A stretch of DNA of 64,000 bases, from the IMG/VR virus record IMGVR_UViG_3300046170_000371, positions 1 to 64,000 of that record, one strand, 5' to 3'. The notes under the pieces are model-generated. The model did no database searches. It saw nothing but the letters and a program-made list of their open reading frames with translations, and was not told where the DNA came from. Below, piece by piece: positions 19,368 to 30,923 of the stretch (positions are counted from its first letter, which is position 1; each line of letters begins with the position of its first letter). The DNA comes from a virus. A program made the position numbers and the translations under genes.

Positions 19368-20001
19368 ATGCACGACGCTAAACTTATCTGGGTTACACCA
19401 GATGCTGAGGCACTAATCGCTAAGATTGCCCGTGTCTCTAATCCTAAGAATGAAGATAACCCTGACTCTGAACGTCTACTGCGTTATCTAATTAAACACA
19501 AGCACTGGTCACCATTTGAAATGGCGTCTATGTGCGTAGAGATTCACACTACACGTGCTATTCTCACCACAGATTCTGCGTCACCGTAGCTTCTCTTTCC
19601 AAGAGTTCTCACAACGGTACGCTATTCCTACTGATACCTTTGCGACTGTGCTGCCAAAGCTCAGACGTCAAGATGAAGAGAACAGGCAGAACTCTATTGA
19701 TGACCTTGCAAGTGAAACTGCTGAGTACTATGAAGACCGTATTGATGCTCACTTCCGTCAAGGAGTTGAGCTGTATGAGTCTTTGCTTCACTCTGGTGTA
19801 GCTAAAGAATGTGCACGTTCTGTCCTGCCTATTAACACTGTGACTCGTCTGTATATGTCAGGCACTATTCGTAGCTGGCTTCATTACATTGACCTACGCG
19901 GTGACAACGGTACGCAGCGAGAGCATATGTCAATTGCTCGTAGTGTTGGTGAAATTCTTGATACTCAACTTCCAAATATTGCTCGCGCAATGTGGGGTTA
20001 A
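19368..20001 (+). CDS. thyX: FAD-dependent thymidylate synthase (one indel near 19562)
   Basis: HWSPFE...[17 protein letters not shown]...KECARSVLP. Confidence 0.92.
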
Positions 20002-20037
20002 GTGCTTATATTAGAGGCTGACCAATGACTATAAATA

Positions 20038-20694
20038 ATGAACTTTATTGCAGCAACCGTTGAACTACGAGACTTCGTTGCAAATCCGATCAACGCTTAT
20101 GGGCTTGACTATAGCGGTGCTGATGCTGTTATCCCCTCTGGCAATAGTGCTGGAGAGGTCAAGCTTCGACTCCTCTGCTATAACCGTCCAGGCCCAAAAC
20201 TAGAAACGTTTGGTGGATGGAAACAAGGCACCCGTGCGTTGATTACTGGCAACCTTGTATTCAGCGATGACACTAGTCAGCCTATGGATTTGATTGTTAC
20301 TACGATTGAACCTAATATTCCTCAAGATATGTTCTGTAACCAAGTCGTTCTTGGTAATGCATTCTTTGGTTCAGATGAAATCAAAGAACGTAAGAACTCA
20401 CAAATCGCTATTAAAATTGGAACCACGCTTGATAATAGCGATGTAACTACGTGGCTATTTATGGAAACTCATGATTCGAGAAAAAGCAAACTTACTGAGC
20501 GAGTCCGCAAAGGGCGTCCTATCTGCGTCCAAGGATATCTGCGTGAGTATCGCAAAGAGGGTGACACTTCCCCTTATCGAGCAATCGTTGCGAACGACTT
20601 CACGACTAGAAAAGACCGTGAGCAAGGAAGCCGAAAAGCAACGACAGGCTCTGCGAAAGGATACGCAGAAGTGGACCCAGTCCCAGACTACTGA
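20038..20694 (+). CDS. Tandem OB-fold SSB-like protein
   Basis: KQGTRALITGNL and RKGRPICVQGYL, two SSB-like halves; acidic tail. Confidence 0.55.
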   Translation: MNFIAATVELRDFVANPINAYGLDYSGADAVIPSGNSAGEVKLRLLCYNRPGPKLETFGGWKQGTRALITGNLVFSDDTSQPMDLIVTTIEPNIPQDMFCNQVVLGNAFFGSDEIKERKNSQIAIKIGTTLDNSDVTTWLFMETHDSRKSKLTERVRKGRPICVQGYLREYRKEGDTSPYRAIVANDFTTRKDREQGSRKATTGSAKGYAEVDPVPDY

Positions 20695-20738
20695 TGACTG
20701 TGAACCAGTCGGATTAACTGATTAACTGTACCCTAAAT

Positions 20739-20760
20739 GGCTCGCGTGCGGGCCTTTTTT
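20739..20760 (+). terminator. Intrinsic terminator
   Basis: GGCTCG-CGTG-CGGGCC followed by T6. Confidence 0.7.
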
Positions 20761-21011
20761 AATGCCAAAAATTTTCAAGCCGGTTTCAACGGAATGTTTG
20801 GCACATGTTCTCTCATATGTTCATCGTATCTGTAGTCAGGCACCTGTGATGGTGTCGGTCTAAGTATTGACGGCCATGCAGATTCATTCTCACCTGCTCG
20901 TGCAATTAGTTCCATTACATCGTTAGGTATAGTTCCTGCTAATCTCATATTTAGTTAGCTCACATTTATCTATTGTATTACTTATATTTGTAGAGTCTAA
21001 ATAATAAAAAT

Positions 21012-21752
21012 ATGACGCTACAAGTTCTACCCCCAGAAATGCTGGAGGGTCCTAAAGACAAAATTGAAACTAAAGAAGCACAACCTTATTGGAAACCTAG
21101 CTCACTTAAAGATGGCGAATCAGAAGAGTTCCGACTACTCGGTTGCTACGACACAGGTCATGCAATTGTCGGCTGGCAATATGCATCAGAGAAACGCCGT
21201 GATAATGGTGAACTCGGTTTTGCTGGCTACGTCGTTACTCGCTCTCATCCTGGGCAGCCTGATGACATCGCACGTGAAACCGACTGGTCTAAACCAGACC
21301 GACCCAAGATTGACGGCACCTTCGTTAAGCCACGGCGGTTCCTTGCTTGGGTAGCAACTAGTGCAGCACGAGGTCGTTTAGAGGTACTATTCATTGAACA
21401 AAAATCACTACGAGAACAACTCACAGAAATCCTTCAAGAGATTGAAGACTACACTTGGACTGAAGAAGGACTTGCTAATTTTTCGATTAAGATTAGTCGC
21501 AAGGGAGCCGGTCTGGAAACTTCATACAGCATCCTTCCAAAAGTCCGTAAAGTACCAGATAAAATTAAATCGTCTTGGGAAAAAGAGAAAGACACTATCT
21601 GGCTACCTAACTTCTTTGAAGGCAAAGACCCTTTCGACGGTAAGCAAGTTGACGCTAAAGGTCTTCCAGCTGGTGGAACCGACAAACGCGGAGCCCACGT
21701 AACACCTACTACTGCTAAGAAAAAAGTTGAAGAAAGTCAAGCCGAGTTCTAG
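21012..21752 (+). CDS. Probable phage ssDNA-binding protein
   Basis: KISRKGAGLETSYSILP...FFEGKDPF; sits in the replication module. Confidence 0.55.
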   Translation: MTLQVLPPEMLEGPKDKIETKEAQPYWKPSSLKDGESEEFRLLGCYDTGHAIVGWQYASEKRRDNGELGFAGYVVTRSHPGQPDDIARETDWSKPDRPKIDGTFVKPRRFLAWVATSAARGRLEVLFIEQKSLREQLTEILQEIEDYTWTEEGLANFSIKISRKGAGLETSYSILPKVRKVPDKIKSSWEKEKDTIWLPNFFEGKDPFDGKQVDAKGLPAGGTDKRGAHVTPTTAKKKVEESQAEF

Positions 21753-22101
21753 TAACTACCGACCGCATCTCGTTAATGAAGATGCAGAAACTGTATACGT
21801 TGCAGTTAATAGTTGGGGTGGATCTGTTTCCGCTCCTCATTGGGTTAAGAGACATTACCCTGGTTACAAATGTGAAAATGTCTCACCTGAAACACTAGAA
21901 AAAAAGCTAACTAAAAATGATTGAACTTACTGTAAACAAAAACGAATTAGGACTGCATGAAGCTGTTGCCACACTTCAGCTTCCACCAATGACTGTCAGC
22001 CGTGCAAAAGCTGACCGTGATGACCTGGAGTATGAACTCCGCCGTGCCTTCGAAGAACTTGTTGGCGAAATCGTAACCAAACAACTTAAGGATGAATTCT
22101 A

Positions 22102-22470
22102 ATGACCAACATTAATACCGAAGGCTTGCCACCTGAAATGCAAGCACGCATCGCAGACATTATTGAGAAAGCAAAAGCTAATGCCATTACTCCTGGAACT
22201 CCTGGGCTTGTTCCTACTGTGTCTAACCCTGTACCACAGCCTCCGGCTCCTGTCCAACGTCCTCCCTCGTTGATGGACCATGTCATTGCACTGCGTCAAG
22301 AAGTTGACCAGCTTCGTCAACAAGTAGCAGCTGTAGGTCAAGTATCAGAAGCTGTAGGTAATGCAGTGGGGCAGATGTATGCGATGTTTCAACAGCAAAC
22401 CACACTTACAGATACGAGCTCAACGTATAGCCAGAACTTCCAGGAGCAGGTGACTGACGAGGACTACTAA
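22102..22470 (+). CDS. Pro-rich/coiled-coil hypothetical protein
   Basis: ORF track. Confidence 0.55.
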   Translation: MTNINTEGLPPEMQARIADIIEKAKANAITPGTPGLVPTVSNPVPQPPAPVQRPPSLMDHVIALRQEVDQLRQQVAAVGQVSEAVGNAVGQMYAMFQQQTTLTDTSSTYSQNFQEQVTDEDY

Positions 22471-23240
22471 TGTCTGATGAAAATCTAGGTCCTAAAGAAA
22501 AACCGTACCGTATACAGACAGCACAAGGCTACCGAAAATACTTATGTTCCGGCCTCTACATGCCGTCTGTTACTACGGTTCTTTCAGCTACTGAGACAGA
22601 AAAATCTAAGGCAGGCTTACGCACCTGGCAAAAAAATAACCCTGGTGCATTAGAAGCTGCTTCTAAACGTGGCTCTGCTATTCACTTAGGTTGTGAAAAC
22701 TACCTACGCGGAATGGACCCAGGTGTTCCTGATGAGTATCAAGATTTCTGGTCAGGATTAACACCATATCTTGATTGGTTTGATACAATCCATTGGAGCG
22801 AACGTCCACTTCGCCCTGACTGGAATCACTTGCGTAGTGATGACAGAGAAGTTGCATATGTCTGGAGCACTGAGCATTTATATGCTGGTTGTCCTGACTT
22901 GATTGGAGAAATCGGTGGTGTCAAAATCATTGCTGACTTCAAGACAAGCAACGGTCCATACATGAACTGCTTCCCAGAGAAGGGTGACCGTATGGGATTC
23001 GGTGGATTCAGGAAGTACCAAAAGTGTGCACAACAAATGGCGGCTTACCGCCTTGCATTATTTGAGCGTACTGGTTATAAATGTGATGTTGCTTTGATTA
23101 TTGTCTCTACCCCAGAGATATCACAAGGCATCTTTATTGATAGCGACCAGCTTGATAGATTCGAAGCGAAGTTCCTGACACGATGTAAACAATTTCATAG
23201 CATAGGAGATGACGAAGAAGATACTGAAGATTGCAGTTAA
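22470..23240 (+). CDS. PD-(D/E)xK exonuclease
   Basis: PSVTTVL...RGSAIH...YAGCPD...ADFKTS...QMAAY. Confidence 0.8.
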   Translation: MSDENLGPKEKPYRIQTAQGYRKYLCSGLYMPSVTTVLSATETEKSKAGLRTWQKNNPGALEAASKRGSAIHLGCENYLRGMDPGVPDEYQDFWSGLTPYLDWFDTIHWSERPLRPDWNHLRSDDREVAYVWSTEHLYAGCPDLIGEIGGVKIIADFKTSNGPYMNCFPEKGDRMGFGGFRKYQKCAQQMAAYRLALFERTGYKCDVALIIVSTPEISQGIFIDSDQLDRFEAKFLTRCKQFHSIGDDEEDTEDCS

Positions 23241-25441
23241 CAAAAACTGTGTCAACAAAGAGAACCCTCAGCTTGTAGCTAGGGGTTGGAAAAATGTACT
23301 AGTAGATGTTGACTATCTACTTGGTTGGGTTGACAAAGGCTACGGCTGGTGTTCAACCCATTTCATTGAGCGTTACCGGAATGCAGACAATGCAGCCGGT
23401 AGCAACCTTGTCGTTATTGATATTGATGGTGACACAACACTCGATGCATTCTGGGCTACTCAGACTGCACGTGACTGGTGCTTAGCCACCTATACATCTG
23501 CAAGTCATAGCGACAAAGAGCATAGGTTCCGTGCTCTGTTTCCACTGGAGACTGATTTGGAATCAGCATCACAACACCGTGGTGCTTACTGGTTGATTGT
23601 CAACCGATTGCTAGCAGACCTTGGACTTGAATCACTTAAAGATAACTGTGGTCAAAAGCCTGAGCGCCTTTGGTATGGCAGCTCAAGTACTACTAGCCGT
23701 GTTAATGATGGCGCGATGGTTCCCGCTTTCTTGCTGGCTGATATTGACTACGAAGAGCCTGCGGATTTCGTACGTACTGATTGCGAAGACATTGATGTAC
23801 GACGCTGTCAGTGGCTCCTACGTGAGTTCCTGGAGCCTACTAGCGACGATGAGTACGAGTCTTACTACGTGCCCGTCATGGCTGCCTGCGCTGGTGTAGG
23901 TGGCGTCTTATTTGATGACTGGGTTGACTGGGTTATCCGTGGTCATCATGGTCACAAAGAAGAAAACATTAGACCTTTTAAATGGAAAGGTCTCGGTAAG
24001 TATGCAGGTCATACTAAACTGTATTCGCTTGCAAAGAAGCAAGATGCTAACTGGACTAGACACCTACCACCTGACCTTAAGTTTGGTGCTGTAGGTGGCG
24101 CTGTTGGTTATACAGAAACAGATCCACTTGTTAGTTTTGATGATGTCATTTCCCATGCTAAAGGAGAAAACCATATGGAGTTTGAACCAGAACCGTTACC
24201 TGACTCGAAAGAGGTCAAGAAGCGGGGCCGTCCAAAGAAAAGTAGTGAAGATGCTGCTAAGGAGCGTGAAGCTGACGTAGAGAAAGTAAGAACTATTCTC
24301 ACTGACCTACGTAAGAATGAGCTGACTAACGCTATTGAGTACACCGATGCTCAAGGTAAAACGATTGCACTTCAAGGTAATGACCTTGACTTGATGACTA
24401 CCAAGATGGCATGCGAGTACGGGATATTCATTCCTGAGCCACGCATTAAATCTGCTATTCAATATGCAGCGCAGAAGAATAGCTACTGTCCTATCCGTCG
24501 TTACCTTGACCACTGTGCAGCTCACGCAAAGCCTCACAAAGATTGGGACAAGGTTGGTGAAATCTTCCTAGGTAACAAGCACAGCATTGCTACTCTCGCT
24601 ATGCAACGCATGATGATTGGTGCAGTTGCTCGTGCTTATAACCCTGGCTGCTCTATGTCATGGCTACCCATCCTTGTGGGTGCTCAAGGTGTAGGTAAGT
24701 CTATGTTCTCTCGCAACCTAGTCCCTGACTTGTTGTTTGCAGAGATTACTACTCCACTAGATACACTCATCAAAGAGCAGTACAGACTGCACGTTGCTTG
24801 GTTACTAGAGCTACCTGAGATTGATAACTACTTCAACATCAGGAACATTGAGAACTTCAAGAACCTTGTGACCTAGCAGGGTAGATGAAGTGCGTTACCC
24901 ATACGCATCACTGCCATCTAAGTTGCCACGTCGCTTCGTGATGATTGGTACTACTAACCGTAACCAGTTCCTTGTAGACAGCACAGGCAACAGACGTTTC
25001 GTCCCACTAGAAATTGGTGGTGGCTTTCAGATTCCTTGGAAGCAACTAGCTGAAGAGCGTGACAGCCTCTGGGCTGCTGCAGTTCAAGCGTTCCGTAGTG
25101 GTGAAGGTTACGAGTTCAACAGTGGTGAGATTGCTGCTATCTCTGAGTACATTCAAGAGTTCGGTGACCCTGACCCCTGGATGGATAAGGTTGCTAGTTA
25201 CGTAGCAATCCGTGAGGAAGTTACAGCTGCTGATGTTCTTACACATGCACTAGAGCTTGACCCACGCAACCAAGGTCGTAGGGAAGCAAGACGTATTGCT
25301 GATGTATTGCAGACAATGGGATGGCGACGACTAGTCACCTCCCGTAAAGACCCAGTCACTGGTAAGTCTAAGTCTGTACGTGTATGGCAACGTCCTAAAG
25401 ATGACCCTCTGACTGAAGACCATATCCTTAATGACTTCTAA
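23209..25441 (+). CDS. Primase (PriCT-2)-VapE helicase fusion (indel near 24875)
   Basis: DIDG, YTSASH...RFR primase motifs; Walker A GAQGVGKS; GTTN...DSTGNRRF VapE motif. Confidence 0.85.
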
Positions 25442-25642
25442 TGTATTGGACTTTTATAAATCACAACGATGGTGACGAGGTCACTGTCGAAGCGGAAGGG
25501 TTTGACGAAGCTTGTCACATCATGTTTGGAGATGATACTTATGATTATCATTCTTACGAACTAAGTGAAAGCTCTGACGACCATCCTTAACTCACATAAA
25601 TAACCCTTTTTCACTACACTTTAACTACAGAATAAAAATATA

Positions 25643-25873
25643 ATGAATTCAAATGACATCAAAGTTGGCTTGCGTGTAGACATTGACGGCAGGACTGCAC
25701 TCGTTGTTGGTCGCCCTGAGTACTACACACCACGCGCCAAGCTTGTTCGTATCAAGTATGAAAATAGCACTCGCTATGAATACAAACTGAGCCATCAAAT
25801 GCAAGCACTGCCTATTGCTCAGCAGTATCCACACCACGGTGGTACCCATGTAAAACCTGAAGGAGAATTCTGA
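25643..25873 (+). CDS. Small SH3/KOW-like hypothetical protein
   Basis: IKVGLRVDI...ALVVG...VRIKYE. Confidence 0.45.
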   Translation: MNSNDIKVGLRVDIDGRTALVVGRPEYYTPRAKLVRIKYENSTRYEYKLSHQMQALPIAQQYPHHGGTHVKPEGEF

Positions 25874-26680
25874 TGGCTGAAGCTCAACCCTCTAAGAAGC
25901 GTGGCGGTCACGCTTACGGTAGACGTGTAACTCAACTCTCTAACACTGCGGAAGAGGGTGAGCTTTGTCTATATACAGGTCACTCGTTAGGTAGGTTCTC
26001 TACTCACAGCATGCGATACGACAGTCACCAAGCGTGTACTCGTTGTGTTGCATCTGCTCGTGAAGGTCGTATGTCATTTGACATTGACCGCTTGTTAAAG
26101 AAGCACCGCAAACGTGCTCTTAAGTTCTGGTCTCAAGTTGATATCAGGTAACCCTGACGATTGCTGGATGTGGAACGGCTGCATCAACAAACGCACCAAG
26201 CAACCACAGTTCTCATGGCGTCGACATGGTCTCGCTAGTTCGACTCAACATCACCCACAACGTGTTGCTATGTGGTTCACTTGGGGAGATTTAGGCTATA
26301 CAGGAGTCAAAACTACTTGCGGCGAAAAGTATTGCTGCAATCCATTTCATCTCATTCCACAGCACGTCGGTGTCTTTGTTGACCACGACAGCTACCTAGA
26401 AAGCTTTGAGCTTGCTTGTGAAATCCATACGCTTAAGCAACAGATTGCTGAGTATGTATTAGAAGAAGCACTCAAAGAACAAGAACGTCTTGACGCAACA
26501 TCAGAACTCAACGCTCGTGAAGACTTGATGCTTAACCCTGACACAGGGTTTGGCGAACGCTTTGAAGCTGTCATGACTGACATGCTTGCAGGTAGACACG
26601 CTTCTCAAGTCAACATTCATCAAGAAGGTTTACATCGTGGTCCAACAGATAATGATGAAAACCCCACGGAAGAATTTTAA
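25873..26680 (+). CDS. HNH/His-Me-finger homologue lacking the catalytic His (one indel near 26147)
   Basis: KFWSQVD...DCWMWNG...PQRVAM...VKTTCGEKYCCNPFHL. Confidence 0.6.
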
Positions 26681-26712
26681 TTTACTTAACATCAAACAAG
26701 AGTCATTGAATT

Positions 26713-27132
26713 ATGTCTAGACGAACTGACCTACTACAAAATCTTCTCCAATCTGATAAGTTTGGCGATGAGAAATCACAAGAGCAAAAGTTTCTTGCAG
26801 CTACTGCAGAGCTTATCTTGACTGACCTTATCAACATTGCAATCAAAGGTGTAGAAGCACAAGGGGCAGGCTCGTTGGTTATCAATCTCATGAACGACTC
26901 CACGACATTTATGTCAGGGAGTTCTATTGAAGCTGATATCTATACTGCTGAGCAAGAAGAGGATGCTGACATCCTTGAGTTTTTGCGTGGACTGATGGAA
27001 GAAATCGACACTAATGACTGGTCAACAAACGTATTAATTACCTTGATTAGTGATGCTGGAACAAGAACATTTGCTGTCGAAGCAGGAGGGAGCCAAGAGA
27101 GCTTCAGCGCGATCGCAGCAGAATTTATCTGA
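26713..27132 (+). CDS. Hypothetical protein
   Basis: ORF track. Confidence 0.6.
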   Translation: MSRRTDLLQNLLQSDKFGDEKSQEQKFLAATAELILTDLINIAIKGVEAQGAGSLVINLMNDSTTFMSGSSIEADIYTAEQEEDADILEFLRGLMEEIDTNDWSTNVLITLISDAGTRTFAVEAGGSQESFSAIAAEFI

Positions 27133-27723
27133 CAAACTCAAAGCTTCTGGATTAAAGCTACCGTTGTACCCAACGCCACAGCTCATTGAGCGTGCGCGTG
27201 AAGTCATGGGTAGCATTGACTTTGACCCTACCTCTGACCCTGTACAGCAGGTGCTGGTAGATGCAACTTCAGTTCCATCATTAGAAAGCAATCCACTCAA
27301 AGAGCATTGGCACGGGAACGTATGGGTTGCACCTAAGGGTGCGGTACGTAACTCCCGTATCTGGTTAAACAAAACCATTAACGAGTATCGCAATGGCTAT
27401 ATCAATAGCTTTGTATTCTTTACCAGTGCATCTGAAATCATTAGAGCGAACACCAGTTATCTGGGACTACCCAGTCTGCATACCTTTCAAACGTATCAAG
27501 CAACTGCGTGCTACGTCTAATGGGTTTGAACCTGTCTGCCCATCTACTTGGAATGCCATTGTCTATGGTCCACCACTAGATACTATGATGAATGACATTG
27601 ACAAAGTCACATTGTTTCATAACAAGTTCCGTGATAGTCGGTCGTGTTATTTACAATGAATATGCAGGAGATAGCTGGGCTAAAGACCTAGAGTATTACG
27701 AAGAAAGCAAGGGGAACATCTAA
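27050..27723 (+). CDS. Adenine-MTase homologue with degenerate motif IV (indels)
   Basis: YPTPQLIERAREVMGSIDFDPTS...WHGNVWVAPKG...YPVCIP; NPPY replaced by APKG. Confidence 0.6.
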
Positions 27724-28134
27724 TGAGCAAAGCATATAACCCCTAGCTACATGTACAACTTCCCATCTGGATTAAACATCATCCCGTGCCGATTGATTCA
27801 ACGTGATGGCACTTTGATGTGGAAGCACGCTCTGCTCTATCAAGGTCAGCTTAGTTTGCCTGCTACAGAAGCACACGAGCAGCACATAATAAAAACTGCT
27901 CAGCGCCTAGAGGAACTGAACAGTTGGGTGTCTCGTGATTTAGAACCATGGAATGGAATCAAAATCATTGCTTGGTATGCTCCTCACATTGAAGAGCTAG
28001 CCGAAGGTATTGGTGTTTATTTCAAGCACTCACAGTATGATACTAATCAAATATCTGATATCTTATCTGCACATATTCAAAGTCATGAGACCTTGAATGC
28101 TAACGATAGATACGTATATTTTAAGCGCTGTTGA
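27723..28134 (+). CDS. Hypothetical protein
   Basis: ORF 27751-28134; probable start at 27723 with one indel. Confidence 0.5.
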
Positions 28135-28136
28135 TT

Positions 28137-28156
28137 GCGCCCTAACGGGCGCTTTA
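28137..28156. terminator. Hairpin GCGCCC-TAAC-GGGCGC, copy 8 (no TGTCC), between convergent genes
   Basis: Exact hairpin between stops at 28134 (+) and 28160 (-). Confidence 0.6.
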
Positions 28157-28159
28157 TAA

Positions 28160-28510
28160 CTATAGCGAATCTATTAGACGGTTCAAATACCACCTAGCTT
28201 TCTCTGCATCTTGCTTAGGATCATCCTTAAGCCAGAGACGCAGCAAATACTTTAGTGCCTGTGCTTGCAGCATACCTGCCTTAACTTCAGGTGCATCTTG
28301 AATAGCATCTTCAATGATGTCAATAGCTTCTTGACTGCCACGTGTGTAATGTGCAGGGCTATTAACTTTGTCTGACTTCTTGTACTCGCTGAAAGTAATC
28401 ACATCATCTGCAATATGAAAGGGAACAGTTTTCTTATTAGCAATACGTTCCCAGTTATCGTAATCCTCAAGGTTCTGCTTAAACTTTTCGTAGTCCATAT
28501 GTAGTCGCAA
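28160..28510 (-). CDS. DUF3310 / T7 gp1.7-like nucleotide kinase family protein
   Basis: DKVNSPAHY...EAIDII...ALKYLLR...K...QDAEKARWYL. Confidence 0.75.
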   Translation of the reverse strand: MRLHMDYEKFKQNLEDYDNWERIANKKTVPFHIADDVITFSEYKKSDKVNSPAHYTRGSQEAIDIIEDAIQDAPEVKAGMLQAQALKYLLRLWLKDDPKQDAEKARWYLNRLIDSL

Positions 28511-28553
28511 CTATGTGTTTCACTACCTAATATAGGAGTGAAAGTACTATTTT

Positions 28554-29120
28554 GTGGATATGATTGCACCATTAGGAGACCCGACTTATATTAAAAATAA
28601 AGAGAAATACTTTATGTCTATTGCTAAGACTGTAGGACTTGCTTCAACGCATCCTAAGTCTCCTGGCGGCTGCATTCTCGTACGTGACCGAGAGATTATT
28701 GGAGATGGACGTTCCATTCTCACAGCATCCAAAGTTGAAATTGATTGCCTGACATATGCCATTGCAACATGCTCTAAGCGAGGGACACCTACTGCTGGAG
28801 CGACCGTCTATACAACACGCTATCCCTTCTCTGCCTCAGTCTTTCAGTGTTACCTCATGGGTATTAAAAAGATTGTTGTCCTTGCACATGAATGGGAAGC
28901 TTATTACAAAGATGAATTCCGTCGAGCTGCACGGCTTGGACGTGAACTAAGCATCGCTATCGAACCCCTCTTTGATGAGGAAGACCCACGCTTTGGGGTT
29001 AACAAAGCACCTAAACGCAAACTTGAAAAAGAACTCTACGACGCATCAACTTTTGTTGTCGATGAGTATGACCCAAAAACTACTACTGAAAATCTAGATG
29101 ACTACCAACCTACTGTTTGA
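28554..29120 (+). CDS. dCMP-deaminase-fold protein lacking zinc ligands
   Basis: YFMSIAK...GCILVRD..II..G...GATVYTT..P...GIKKIV; HAE replaced by DCL, PCxxC by PFSAS. Confidence 0.65.
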   Translation: MDMIAPLGDPTYIKNKEKYFMSIAKTVGLASTHPKSPGGCILVRDREIIGDGRSILTASKVEIDCLTYAIATCSKRGTPTAGATVYTTRYPFSASVFQCYLMGIKKIVVLAHEWEAYYKDEFRRAARLGRELSIAIEPLFDEEDPRFGVNKAPKRKLEKELYDASTFVVDEYDPKTTTENLDDYQPTV

Positions 29121-30923
29121 CATTGAATCCACTGGCCTGCTTCGTCGCGGCTCCACCATCCATTGCATTGTTGTGCGTGACATGAGCACAGCTAACGACC
29201 CTATTGTCTTTGACTACAAGCCTGAGCGTGCTGTCGTTCAAGGCATCAAGCAGCTTGAGAATGCTGATGCACTCATTGGTCACAACATTGCTGGCTATGA
29301 CATCCCACTTATCAAAGAGCAGTTCCCTGACTTCGACTTCCAAGGTGAAGTGCTTGACACTCTTGTCATGTCTCGCTTGTACTATCCAAACATCAGTGAC
29401 CGCGATTATGAGCGTCGTCCTGATGGCATGCCTCAGCGTTTGTATGGACGTCATTCACTCGAAGCATGGGGCTATCGCTTAAAGTGTTTCAAGGGAGACT
29501 TTGCTAAGAACGAAAGCAACGACTGGAGTACTTACACCCCTGAGATGCTTGATTACTGCATCCAAGATACGCAAGTCACACTGCGTTTATACGAACTACT
29601 ACAACGAAGAATGGAGACTTATGCCTGATTACATCAAACTCGAAATGGATATGGCCATGCTTATGGCTCAGCAAGAAGCATCAGGGTTTCGCTTTGATAT
29701 GGATGCTGCAGTGCGTGTTCGTGCACAGCTCCAGGATGAGTTTGATTCTATTACTGATGCTATTGCCAAAATATATCTGTACGTACCAGGTAAAGTCTTT
29801 ACTCCCAAGCGTGCAGATAAGAAGCGTGGCTACGTAGCAGGTGCTCCTATGACACGTCTGACTGACTTCAATCCGACGTCACGTCAGAACATTGCATGGG
29901 CATTGCAGACCTTCCGTGGTGCTCGTTTTACAAGGGTTACAGAGACTGGTAAGCCTAAAGGTTGATGAAGCAACTCTCTCTGAGGTGCGGGACATTGCAC
30001 TGTCTGCTGGTAATCAGCAGCTGCATGACGAGTGTGAGATGTTTATCCGTTTGTTGACACTGCAGAAGTGGCTGGGTCAGCTGTCCGAGGGAACCAACTC
30101 TTGGTTCAACTCTATTGAGGGGGACGGCTGTATCCACCACAGCTGCACACTGTCAACACAGACGGGACGTAACGCTCACCGTGGTCCCAACTTGGGCCAG
30201 GTCGTCTCTGCACCATGGGCACGTGAACTATTTGTTCCACACCCTGGTCACATCATGGTGGGTGCTGACTTAGAAGGACTGGAATTAAGACTGCTTGGGC
30301 ACTACCTAGCAGCCTTTGATGAAGGCTCCTTCGCTGAGGTTGTTGTCAACGGCGACATCCATCAACAGAACGCTGACCGTGTGGGGTGTACACGTACACA
30401 AGTCAAGACCCTCACGTATGCGTTCATATACGGTGCAGGTGACGTGAAGCTGGGACATAGTCTTCAGCCTGAGCTGTCAGATGCACAGAAGAAAACACTT
30501 GGCGGTGAGTTACGCCGCAAATTCCTTGACGCTATCCCTGGATTGGAGCCATTAGTAGATGCAGTTAAACTTAAAGTTCGGTCAACTGGTCGCCTTAGGG
30601 GCCTTGATGGGCGTCCTATATTCTGTCGTGCTGAGCACAGTAGTCCCAACTTCTTACTTCAGTCTGCCGGAGCAATCATCTCCAAGCGATGGGTGGTGAT
30701 TGGGCAGCAACTGTTAGATGATGCAGGGCTTACGTATGACCGTGACTACACTCGCTGTGCTTACGTGCACGATGAAGTACAGATGTCTGTCGTGCCTGCT
30801 GAAGTTGACCGTATGAAGATGCTGTTAGAAGCAGCAGCACCTGAAGCTGGTAAGTACTACAACCTGCGTGTGCCTATTGCTGCAGCTGCAGACCATGGTT
30901 CCTCATGGCAAGAGACCCACTAA
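29098..30923 (+). CDS. polA: Family A (T7-like) DNA polymerase with 3'-5' exonuclease (two indels)
   Basis: FDIES, GHNIAGYD, YCIQD exonuclease motifs; DLEGLELR, KTLTYAFIYG, VHDE polymerase motifs. Confidence 0.92.

Noticed and set aside
10931-27116. HIP1 octamer GCGATCGC (near 10931 and 27109)
   Set aside because: Only two copies noticed, both in coding sequence; compatible with chance
146-28152. GCGCCCTAACGGGCGC copies as a CRISPR array or integron attC sites
   Set aside because: Spacing is irregular (0.4-15 kb) and spans whole genes; no cas genes; no RYYYAAC/GTTRRRY box structure
29098-29965. Split DNA polymerase (separate exonuclease and polymerase genes)
   Set aside because: Deleting one C in TATGCCTGATTAC gives a continuous ...TYADYIKLE; consistent with the indel rate elsewhere, though a true split cannot be fully excluded
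9396-30923. Frameshifts in psbA, nrdA, nrdB, thyX, primase-helicase, polA and others as programmed frameshifting or pseudogenes
   Set aside because: They are scattered single-base indels in essential genes with no shared slippery motif, and removing one base restores canonical sequence; best explained as read/assembly error
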